DNA of 52,966 bases, the filler included, from Sphacelaria rigidula (Eukaryota), in the NCBI GenBank assembly GCA_964200075.2. It is 4 parts of 4 records of this genome, joined end to end, with 100 filler letters (N's around TTAATTAATTAA, not from the genome) between each part and the next. Parts side by side here need not be neighbours in the genome. Positions count along the whole stretch, not along the records: positions 1 to 13,167 come from CAXNAA020003100.1; 3 more parts are not named here. One strand, given 5' to 3'. Positions 1 through 11,195 of this stretch are shown in pieces. The notes beneath the pieces are model-generated. The model did no database searches. It had not been told where the DNA came from and worked only from the letters and a program-made list of their open reading frames with translations. The translations under genes were made by a program, and so were the position numbers. Numbering within the stretch: the stretch's first letter is position 1; every line of letters starts with the position of its first letter.

Positions 1-2439
1 TCTTTCCTTCCTCTCCCCGGGCGCCCGTTTTTTCCCCCCCGCTTGTTTTGCTTTTAAAAGCGGCCCCCCCCCCCCCCCCCCCCCCGATATCCCCCCGTTT
101 GTTCAAAATAATTGGGGGGAAGTGCGGGAGCGTCCCGACTTGAGCCAGGAGATGGTAGATCAAAAGTCAACTACAGGAGCATCGGAGACTTCATCTGGTT
201 TGCTCAAAGGTAGCCAAAAAATATTACCCAAGGGACTGGGGCCGGAAAATCTATCCACGGGAGAAATCGCCCGTAGACGGACTGAAGTCGTGATATATCC
301 ACCAGTCGAGTTTGGGTGCCATAAAAAATGACAGCATCATGTATCCCTCATTTTTCGGGGCATCGTTTCGCACCGCATGTTCTTCAATGTTTCCCCACAC
401 GTGAGCGCCCGAACGATCGCCGAATGATTTTCGTGTACTCGCGCGTAAGAAGTCACGATGAACTATTTTTTCGTGAGATTGGGAGCAGAAGAGCATACGA
501 TTGATAGTGCACAGCGGTCAGGTCGTGAATGAATCGTTGCAGTTCCGAAATGTTCCTCTACAAGGCCCAGTATGCTTTATGCCGTAGCTTGCCGCAGAGG
601 CCGTTCATACTTCCAACCACAGAGTAGGATCTCGACGCGTAGCTGCAAGCACACGCCAGTGTTACAGGCGAAGAAAAGCACACACGGAATGAACATTTAG
701 GTAAGACAAAGCGAACGATCAAAGTCACCCTCAATCAGCGCTGTACTCACGATCTTACGGAAACGTTGTTGACTGCTGTATCGTACGTAAGTAGCCCGTC
801 GCCATTCGCACGGAATATTCTCCACACAGTGGTTATTCATGAAGACGCAAAATTTAAGTGCAATATGCCCGCGCCTGCAGCGCCGGCGAGTATTCGCAAC
901 ACCTCTCCTGAATTCATTACAGACTATATCCCCCACGTCGATCGAGTTTCTTCTTTCACACTGTAAACCCGGGGTCCACCCTCATTCTTTGCCTCAAGGT
1001 ATATCCAACAAGTCGTTATGTGCAAAGCAAACACCGCATGAACAAAGAGGGGCCGAAGCATCGAAAACGCTGCGACCTCGCTCCACGACCGCCTATCCTA
1101 TGCACCGGGCATGGAAAGACGCGGTTACCAAAAATGCCCGCCCACGAATGTCTCAACCGCCGGAGCCGCCACAATTGGAGCGCAGCTGTGCCTGCAGACG
1201 AGTTTACATATTTGAAAAAGCCCCCGACAACTGCATGTCCCATTTCCACATCTACTGTGTACGAAGGCTCGCGTCATCCGTGGCTTATCCGGGGGCGTCA
1301 TTCCTCCCCCCACTCGTCGCCGACATCGATGGGCACCTGACAGGATACGCAGAACGCGTCGTGATCCAAGGTACAGGTCAGCGATGGCACGACCGAAAAC
1401 AAAGCCCCACCGGTATCGTGGAGTAATGGGGGTAGGCAGTATGGCGAGTTGGATTTGTGTTCATGTAATGGGATACAACCCTCGATGTCGAGCAATCGAA
1501 CACTGCTTGTCTGATATGTTAGAGCACAGCTACCGGTGTCTATCCAATGCGCGAAGGACAGTTTGAAAGAAACTTCGAAATGAAACGTAACAAGCCACGT
1601 TCAGTGGTAGTCTCGATACACTGCACTCAGTGAGTCATAACAATCCACTTAGATGTATGCTACCCCAATCATACCATGTACCATACACCGCACCACGCGC
1701 TCTTGTCGTCTGCAGTCGCTGGCCCGGCCAATATCTGTATACATCCCGCACGTTTCCCCCTCCTGGAATCCGAAGGCAAAAAATCAGTACGTATCCAGAT
1801 TGGGTTCGTTTTTCAAGGGCCGCGCTGCCGCCAAGTACATACAACAACACAAGTTCCCTGGCAATCACATAGTACCCACTCCGGGAGCATATGTCGAGGA
1901 TACGAGGTAAACAATATATCACGCACAAACATATGGCGGGATCGACAACAAGAAAATCTGACACCCCCCTTTCTCTCCACCGGCGAAATGGTGCCCCTGC
2001 CGTTGCACCTCACGACACTTTTGTGCAGTAAAATTGAACCCAACCCGTGCACAAGCGATATACACCGCTATGCCCCTAGGCTCTCACCTGCCATTCAAAC
2101 CACCGGCGCCTTTACGGCGGCATCCATTCTTTCACCCAAAAATCATCCGTTTGAAATACCGCTCCGCAGCGTCGTGGTCACCGTCCCCATCCTCATCTGA
2201 GCCAGTATCCGTCCGGATACTCCAGTCACTTTCCGACCCCTCTGTATCCCTTGCCGACACATCTCTGTCGCCCTCCCCCTCAGAGCCCTCTGCACCCTCC
2301 ATGGGTTTTACCAATCCTTCATGCATAATACATTCTTCTGAACCGACCGTATCCCGGTCGATCTCCCCCGCACCATTTCACCCCGCGCCGTGGTCACCAA
2401 CCCTTCAGGGATAGCATGCTCGTGTGCTCCGGGCGTCGG

Positions 2440-2555
2440 ATTGCACCGGCCCTTGCATCCACATAGGAAGGGGTGTATCCTTCCCCAAGTTAGCGCAAGT
2501 GCAGGTGCGCTTGCATCTCTGCTTCTCTGAAGTGGCGGGGTTGCAGCGGCACAAG
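2440..2555 (-). other. C-terminal Cys-rich (CXC/Cys8-like) zinc finger of the Academ protein, frameshifted
   Basis: LLCRCNPATSEKQRCKRTCTCANLGK continues in another frame as LCGCKGRCNP. Confidence 0.65.
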
Positions 2556-3069
2556 AGGCGTTGGACCTTCCCGGTGTGGTCAATCTGTGCGTGTTCCGAC
2601 AAGACAAAAACTATATTATCTTTCGTCATAGCCTAACGTGCGTCGCCCGACGCGGCGGTCCACCCACGATTGTTGAAGTCGACAGAGGGCATCGACGTTT
2701 CCATCCCCTCCAACCAGTACTCCAACAATGCCCTAGCTCGCTTCGCTTGGAAACGCAAGGTATCCCCAGCCGGGACGAGATCTTGCGGCCTCGTGTCGCC
2801 TGCTCTTCACCTCAATAATCTCACCCAATTCACGAACTTTGAGTTACCCCCCCCCCCTTGCTTCTCCAGGATGGTCTCCGCGCTCGTTTCCTTCGTCGAG
2901 AATGCCGATTCTTTCTGGTAGTAGAAAGCGACAGCCAGGAATTTCACCACTTCGTATTTATCAACGATAAGCAACCTGCCGTCGCGTCGCAACAGCGGTT
3001 TCGGGAAAAGACCCTCTACCCGCAGACCTTTGACGAGCGCCTTCCACATCGCGAGGAACAATAGACCGT

Positions 3070-4680
3070 CAAAACGGGGCAGGAAGTCACACCCGCTGAG
3101 CAGAAACACCAGCAAAAATAGAGCCATCCTCATCCCGGCAGTATTGTCGACCCATGCGCTGGCCCCTGCCCATGCACTGTGGGGGTCGCATTGCAGACTG
3201 ATAATGGCCTGGTAGACGCGATTCACGTAACGATAGTCGGTGCTGGGACCCCACGGCGCAGGGTCACGTCAGTGCGATCCTTGCCCGCCGCGGTAATCTT
3301 GCCTGTCGCCATGGCCAGCAACACGATCATCAGTTCGTCCATGTCGGTGGACATGAGCATCCACTTGGAGATCCTCTTCTCATGGCGGTCTAGATATTGT
3401 GCGTGTTGAAGCATGAAGTGGACAGTTGCGATCTCGCCTTCGCCGACTCGCGGCCCAACTTCATGGTGCAGCCCACCATCCTCTCCCGCACCGTCACGCC
3501 AATGGAGTAGGTGCGGAGACGCCACGCAGTGTCCGTCGACGGTTGCTGCACCCGCCGCCGAGCCCGTTCCTCCCACCTCTCGCCCCGTGGGATTCCCGCC
3601 ATATGTCGCCGGGCGAGCGGCATCGACGGGGGTGGAGGAGGCGGCCATGTCTGTCCCCCTGGGCGGTGAGGTGGAGCAGCCAAGAGTGAGAGGGGTGGGC
3701 GGCACTGGTGATGTTTCCCACGTGAGATTACGCGGCGGCAGTTCAGCGGTGTCGCACCTAGTGCGTTCCGGTGTCTGCAAAGTCGCCGGTGCTGACGATG
3801 GCATGCTAGGGGGGCACGTTGCGATCATGCCGCCGCGAGGCTCCGGCCCCCTTCCTCCCGATTGCCACAGGGGCACAAGGGGTCTATTCTGTGCGAAAAG
3901 AGCTAGCGGCCGGCGATTGATCGGAGACGGGGTCGTGAAGGCAGATCGCACACTCCCTTCCACTCCTCCTCTACACCCGCCGCGTGGAGTCATCACAACG
4001 AGTGGCGCAATCCTCGCCATATCGGGTGCACTATCCGCACTCGCGGGATCCAGGTGCAGCGATAATTTACCCCTCTGCCATCCGTTGTAATACGGGCGGG
4101 TGACATATGACATCGCCCCGATATTTCCTCCCCTCCCGCCGCCATTCCCAACCGCGCTGCCCGGCGCACCACGTGCCATTGTACACGAGACGGCGCCCTT
4201 TTTCGCGACGGTCGCTGTAGAAGATGCACCTGTCTCACTGCTTACGAGGCCTGTAGGCTGTTTGGTGGTCGCTCCTATTGCGGAGAACAGCAACGTCGGC
4301 CTACCGGCCCCCGATGCCTCCGGGTGACGAAGCGTATCTTTACCTACCTCCCGAGCAACAGTCGCCCAATTCCCGACCACCCTGAGGTATGACTGGATTC
4401 CCGGGCCGCTGGGTAGGCCATCACTGCCACCAGAGTCGAACTCGCGGTCGCAGCTCCCGGTCTTTGTCTTTCGATTTGCTTGCTCGTGTGCTTCGATCGC
4501 GGGTACGAGGTCCGCTCGGTCGTAGCAGACGTCCACGAACCTGCAACCCCGTGTGCACGTCGACATGATTTTCCGCCGATGGTATTCCACCACAGCTGCA
4601 TCACTCGCGGCGAGAACATCGGGCGGTGGGATCTTGCGGAGCTTCAAGGAAAGTCAATGGCGTGTCCCTCTGCGGCATAG
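3070..4680 (-). other. XPG/PIN-family 5' nuclease domain of the Academ protein, split by a low-complexity insert
   Basis: N-region AID...VDVCYDR...IEAHEQANR; I-region VGEGEIATVHFML...MSTDMDELMIVLL...FLLSGCDFLPRF; Pro/Gly/Thr/Ala-rich stretch at about 3540-4300 between them. Confidence 0.65.
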
Positions 4681-7480
4681 AACTCCTCCCCTCGAACTGC
4701 GTCCTTGCATTCCTCGTCGATGAAGTATCGCGGCCCCACAGATGTTTTCCTGTGTCGCACCCCTGAATTACGGTGAGGCGGAGTCGGCAGGGCGATGCAT
4801 GAGTATTTGTAAGTCACTCGTCATGAGCTGGGTGGACTCCTGTACATCAGACCAATGCTTCGTTAGGGGTTGCATGTATTGTTTCTGGGTATCATTTTTG
4901 TAGGTGCCCCAGTATATGGGGCTTGCTGTGTAACCCAAATCTCCGGGGATCGGATGCCCAGAACATGGTGTTTGCACGCAGGGTCCTTCTCGTGAACCGG
5001 CATTATCTTCATTGATTTTCAAGCAAACATGATGCAGATGATCCAAATGATCAGTCCAACGCCCCGACCAACCCCGAGAAACGTATTCGCTGAAAAAGTG
5101 CAACATCCACCGGATCATTGCTCGTCATTGCACATCCTTTCATTTACGTCCTGTTTCCCTTCCGGTCACCTATCTCAATACTAGGCAACTGAAGGAACGC
5201 TTCCTATAAATGGGGGTGGATCTATCTAATACATAGCGTCGTGGGGCGACACTACGCCCCTTGCTGGCGAAGGGGTCCCTCTTCGGTCGCTGGCGACCCT
5301 GCTTTTTTTGTTTGTGCGAAATATCACTCACTAGAAATCGAGCCTGTGGATTGTTGTGCGCGGAGTGATCCCAGTATGTTATGTTTCCGGAGTTTGTCGT
5401 TCGCCCTGTCCCGGACCACCGGTGAGTGAGGGATGACGAGGCACTAATTCAATCATGATAATATCATGAACATAATGCATCGTCTCTTACATGTGGTCCT
5501 TTAGTAGCGCTTACGTGGTTCTACGGAAGGGCAGTTCGGGAATGCACAATGTGCGTCGAAGAAGCCATCACCCTTACCTCCGTCCTCGAAAGCCATCGAT
5601 TGAGGCACGACCGTCCCGATCTGCAGCACGGCCTGCAAGAGGTGTTTGGACGTGACGTGATGACCTCGGTTCAAGAGGGAAGTGAGAATCTGATGCTGCT
5701 ATAGGGCTTGCGCGCTGAGACTGTTGAGGCTCTTCTTCAGCGCCGAGGTCCTCCCTTCCTGCGTCGTTGATTTGTTGCTGGTGCGGGCGGGGGGGGTGGT
5801 TTCATTGTGACGTTCGTCGGGCCTTTTACCGATTTGTCGTTCAACACGGTACTCTTGATCACATCCGCCCAGCGTTCCTTACAGCGCCTGGGGACATCAA
5901 GAATGTCAGCTCCTTCCTTCTCACTGAGCACGCGCCCGTCCAGGGCTACGACATTATCGCGGCCCTCCGCGCCAAACGCGACGCAGTCGGGCACGATGTT
6001 CATGGCATCGGCCATTGCAGGCCGGCGTTTTTTCATGAGGTTGGGCAAAAGCTTTCTCTGGGCAGCAGCCAGGATGAACGCTCTCTCGATTTCGGCTATC
6101 GCCCGCTCTCGCATCCCGACAATATCGGCCAGCTTGGGGACAATGGTTTTTGTGATTTTCTTGTCGCTCCCTTGTATCCGCGGTTAGCCACTTCTTGTCG
6201 CTCGTCCAGAGCCACGCGGGAGGAAGCGTCGCCACCCAACGAGGTGGAAAACTGCTCGGAAATTACCTCCATATCGCCGTCGGTCATCCGCGCGAGGTGA
6301 CCTAGATGCACAGCGGTTTCCCACTGGTAGTTGTGCTTCCCACAGCCGCAATACATCGGCGCCGCGACACGAAGGCACGCGTTGCGCAGCTTTAGGTTTC
6401 CGGTGCGCACCGCCGTTCGCACCCCGGAGTACGCGGGGTAGTCCACAAGGATGAATTGTGACCAAACCTGCAGCGTCTCGTGGTGTTGCGCCTCCTATTG
6501 AATCCACTGCCCCACTTGTTGACCGCCATCCGCGCCTTCGTCGAACGTCGCTCCCAACGAGGCCCGTGCCATCGCAGTAAAGACGATCATCAGCGTCTCG
6601 AATGACATTGTGATCTGATGATGAGCACGCCGATAGTTGCTGCCATCCGCGGCCTTGGAGTCATCTCTGCCGAGCATTCTTGCGACGAACTTGATGCCGG
6701 CTCCCCAGTAGCGTTTGAGCAACGCCTTCGCGAGGTGAAGGAGAATGTGGAAATCTCCCGGCCACAGTAGCAACTTCTCCAACAACTCGGGATGCGACTG
6801 GCAGTACCGATAAAGCCAACGGTGCGTCTCCTCGTCGCCCGCGATGATGGCCCTGTCGCCCCCCCCGGTTCTCCCAACCTTAGCATACCACAGATGCGTT
6901 TTATGGTCCGGTCCAGTGCATCGTAGTCCTTCGTCGATCCCTCCTGGATGAACATGTGCACAGTCTGCTGACGCATCCGCGTTTCCGGTTACACGAACTG
7001 CACACGATTGCATGACGGCATGGTTTACATCGATCAGTTCCACGCGAGATGACGGCATCAAACCCATCAGCCGCGGGACATGTAGAATTTTGTTGTGACT
7101 CCTCTCTGTTGCATTAGTGCAAATCGGATTCTTTTTCCATCACTCTGCAAAAAAACATCCATATCCATATATCCGAGAAGACGGAACTTGCCCAAGACCG
7201 CGTGATTCACCACGCCACATCTGACATGCAATTCCCGAAATTGAGGGAGGGCGATTCCGAACGTACGGATGCGGTCGGGGGCTGGACCACGTCATACTGT
7301 TGTGGTTTCAGACGGAGGACATGAGATCCTATGATGTCCGATGTTCGCGCTGACAGTGGCCGAGTATCAAATATGTAAAGGGATGCCTGCATGCAAATAT
7401 GCAGTATCGTAGCAGTTGAGCGCTGGTATGCATAGCGGCCGAGGCAGACAAGACGTGGGCAGAGGACCGCACGGCTCACC

Positions 7481-7860
7481 TTGATTTCATTGATTTCATT
7501 GATCGTCGCACTTTCGCTGATAATAAATCGCACTTTGATCTACGTAATAGACATTCCTGGATTAACACAGAGGTCTAACACTCGCTGAAGAAAATGCAAC
7601 AAACATACAAGGCAGAAGATGACAGCATAGTACGCTGAGACGCAATAAATATAATTGATACATGGAGAGAAAATCGAAGACAAGCCAGGAGAGAAGTGCC
7701 TGAGCCCTGCCATATGGATACGGCGAAACGATTGGCGTACAATCATGTTCATACCGACCAGAAAAAAAAAAAAACTTCGACAGCATTCGGGGCAACACGG
7801 TAGATACAGACACACACCAGGGCACACCGCAGAGTCGCCGACTAAGGACACAATCAACAA
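7481..7860 (-). mobile_element. Truncated non-LTR retroposon 3' fragment inserted in the Academ gene
   Basis: T-rich minus-strand tract ending in an ATCAATGAAATCAATGAAATCAA tail, similar in style to the LINE tail at 30735-30817; both also carry CTTCAGCGAG upstream of the tail. Confidence 0.4.
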
Positions 7861-9792
7861 CCGGTGCCACCAGACAGGCTTCCTCAGTCATGGGGACATA
7901 TCGTTCGTATGCAGAAGGCTAATTAGAACCGGATCTCCCGCACAATTCTGAAAGAAGAACATGCGACTCCACCACTCACATTTGCGATGCTTTGCCTCCA
8001 TACACGTTTCCTCGCTCTTCCAGTACCGAACGGCGCTCATGCACGCGCTCCCGAGGTCTATCAAGTGCTCCTCGAAAACAACAGGGATGTTATCGCGAGG
8101 AAATCCATCTCCGACTTCCTCCATCGTCAAATCCTTGACCTTGGTCCACTCGGAGTAAGGGGAGAGTCGGAGAACTCTCTGAGCCCCCTCGACTGGTTCA
8201 AGAGCTACAGCTGTGCAGGCGATGAGGGGAAGGTACTGCGGTCCGATGAGGCTCATTGCCGCCTTCATATCGCAATTATTGAACGCCACTGCAACGATCC
8301 GCAGGAACTTAGGGATGGTATCGTGGTCTCTTAGGGCCTTAACCACGACTTCCTCCCGCTTGCTGCATTGGCTGTCGGACAAACATAAGCCGAGGCTCGC
8401 GAGGAAATTATTCACTTTCCTGGTAGCGCCGTGAGATTTCAGGAACTGGGTAAGCATGAACTCGTGCGGCGCCCTGTGCCAGGTCTGCGGCACTGCTTTA
8501 ACTAACAAAGTTGCCAAGAAGTACGAGAGGGTGTCCGCCTTTGCACTGTTAGCATCCGGACCCGCACCAGGGGGCGGCGGCGGAGCGCCACGGTCCTGCG
8601 CGCTTACATTCTGTGGCGGCGCAGATGCGTTCAGAAACTCTAACCCCATGTCACAGCGAAAGACTTGCCGAACGAAAATGCGCAGACTCACAGGCAAGCC
8701 CGCTTCATATTCCTGTTTTGGCACGAGACCCCTTTCGATATCATTCGTTTGCACGGTGCCTTGCGCCACGTTTTTCAGCCCCGGAGACGAGATGAGATCC
8801 TCGCGCGTGATCCACCCGGCATGTTGCACCGTGTGATCGCGCGGGAGACTCGAGAGAGGGATTTGGGGTATTGAAGCACCGCTGTCCCGTGGGCCCGTGT
8901 GGTGATGCACTGTCTGCTGCTCAGCGGCTGCATGGTTCTCGAGGTCGGAAATGATTTGTGCTATCCTTCTTGCGAGCAGGTCCAGCTTAGGTATATCCCT
9001 GCTAAAAAGGCCCGAGGCACGAGGTATCTAAATATACGCCGGCCATCAAACCCCGCGGAGGTGTCGCCTCGCAGAGTTACGGTGGTCACTTCCTCCCGGC
9101 GCTCCCCGATGACCATCATGATGTTTTGGACAGCGGCCCGAAAGTGCTTCGTGCCAATATCCCGACACGATTCTCCCTTCCGATACTCGAGTAACCACGC
9201 CTCCACGTCATCACAGTTCACAATAGATCCCGCACGCAGTGCTGCTTGCACGCGTTCTGTCGTCCGATACTCCTCCCGTTTGTCCTCCGCATCATGAACG
9301 ACGATGTCTACGGAGAGATGATGGTGATCGTCGACGCTACAACGATGCTGCTGGCCCTGAACACCCCCACGACGCATAGCGCGCCCGTAAGCGCTGTAGC
9401 AGGCATTGCACAAAGTGCTGGTGGGTACCAACGCTTGCTGTGCCTGAGACAGGAGAAATGCGGCTCGTCCCCCCCCCCCACCCCCCCCCAATTGTGAAGA
9501 ACTCCGTCATGGCACCGCACGATGCGGCAGCCACCTGCCATCTTTCACGACCGCGGATATTCTCCTGCTCTTTACCTCCGCCAACCTGTCACATTTTTCG
9601 CTCGGCGGTGAATTTCGAAACTTCGAAATCACGGTGCAGACTATAGAAACAGTCTTTTCTTATACAGAGACAGTGCGACGTGGGCACGTACGCATCAGTG
9701 ATGGCCGTTGATCGGAGGCGCTCCCGGTGTGTCTTCCACCACTCCGCCGGAGAGCCCACTGACTTTCTAGCCAGACGGGCGTATTCACTGGC

Positions 9793-9861
9793 AGGGTGAT
9801 GGCAGGCTGCGCACCGCTTGTCCGCTGTGAAGTGAGTTGTATTACAAGTTGCGCACACCCA
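9793..9861 (-). other. RanBP2-type zinc finger motif in the Academ N-terminus
   Basis: WVCATCNTTHFTADKRCAACHHP fits W-x-C-x2-C-x3-[N/H]-x6-C-x2-C. Confidence 0.6.
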
Positions 9862-11195
9862 ACCGCCTAGCGCTCCGCAGTCGACGTTGCCACACCGCTT
9901 GCGACGGCCACTCGTAGATAGTGATGCGGAGCTTGCCCTTGTTCGACGCACAAGCGAACATTCACGCCTTCGAGCGGGCGGCAGGCTGGCTTTCTCTCGG
10001 GGGCGCCCATCACACAATTGCTGCCTTGCCCGCCGCGTATTGCGATCATTGAGTCTGGCCTCAGGACCCGTCGCGGGACCTTTAGGCGGCGCCGCACCCG
10101 GTGCAGGGCGCGGGTTTGTGTTGAAGGGAGGGCTTGTTGCAGGAGTTGAAGTCGCATATTCCGTACCCGCAGTAGGGTTAGTAAAACCTCCGCGGAGGCG
10201 ATCCATCGGGAGCGGCGACTCCTGCTATGCACCGCGTAACGCCCTCTCGCCGTAGCGATGGGGTCTGATTCTCTTTCGCCTCCATTGCCGGTCCCTCGAC
10301 CCGAGTCGGGAGGCACCAGAGGCGGGAGGTGCCTCCAACCCCTTCTCCCTAAGCACGGGCGGGGTTCCACATATTCGCGTCGTGAGATAGGCGTGGGGTA
10401 ATGGTAACCGCAATGCGTCCGAAGTCGCCGTTTCGCTGGCTGCAGACGAAGGGGCTGGGGGACATTCAGCGCGATGACCTGGAGGCCAAACGCGAGCAGG
10501 ACGGGACGAAGGACAGTACCGACGGTCAGCACAGGGTCACCGGAAAACATGGAACCGGGCGCGTTGACCAATATCGCACAGAGGTTTGGCATCGAGTGTG
10601 CCCCCCCAAGGTGAACAGGTCCTGTGCGGTCCTGGTGCCAGGACGTCGTTTCATTATTTTTCGGGAAAACTCAAAACTGGATATGGACGGTAATGGTGGC
10701 GCCCTTCGATATTCAACACACGTGATGTTTTCTTCTGATTTGTTGCAGGTGAAGGGCTGGTCGCAACTCAGAACCGAGAACTCCTACCGGCAGTCCTTTT
10801 GACACATATGTCGTCAGTTGCACACGATGCTTGAAACTGCGCTCGTGACAGGGGGGAGCGCGACGCGTGGTGACGGGTAGCCCTCGGACTACGGACCTCC
10901 CTGTAGATGGTGCTGTATTGCGGACGTGTACCTGTGCGCGCGCTGTGTTGTGAAGAGTGTCCCGCCGTCGCTAAACGGATATAAACCGGGTTTCCGAGCA
11001 CCGCCTGCAGCCCGTCGCAAACACGCAACCCCAGTACATATGTTCGGAGCGGTTGAGGATAGGAGGAGGGGGTGGCAGAGAATGGCCTGTGGTAAAAATT
11101 CACACCGTGTACAACTCATGAGGCAACTATTTTTAGTCTGTTGCCGATGGAGGTCGACACACGAAGCGAGGAGTCACAGAAACTATATATATACA

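Larger units (their letters stand above)
2132..10206 (-). mobile_element. Decayed Academ (AcademX-like) DNA transposon transposase-nuclease gene with two introns, stops and frameshifts
   Basis: Minus-strand ORF pieces join in colinear order: Cys-rich N-terminus (9589-10206, 8961-9491); AVAFNNCD (~8270); IIAGDEETH...WPGDFHILLHLAKAL...GSNYRRAHH (6495-7067); RTGNLKLRNACL...GKHNY...ALDERQE (6096-6446); HAIDF...VDVCYDR (4500-4680); GEGE...STDMDEL...LSGCDFLP (3070-3445); LVPAGDTLRFQAKRARALLEYW...NRGW (2660-2790); CRC...C...CTC...CGCKGRC (2440-2555); acidic tail with stop at 2132. Transposase + XPG-like nuclease + Cys-rich finger is the described AcademX architecture. Intron 4763-5577 has GTAAGG...CAG; a second, degenerate intron lies at about 7070-7860. 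No TIRs found. Confidence 0.75.

Noticed and set aside
1-120. Poly-C/T-rich start as a regulatory or G4 element
   Set aside because: Homopolymer-rich contig end, likely low-quality sequence.
3413-4090. 225-aa plus-strand ORF and other long antisense ORFs over the Academ, LINE and Copia regions
   Set aside because: Shadow frames of GC-rich coding sequence on the opposite strand, with no motifs.
6096-7067. KDZ/Zisupton or AcademH assignment for the transposase
   Set aside because: No helicase ORF is seen, and the downstream XPG-like and Cys-rich domains fit AcademX better.
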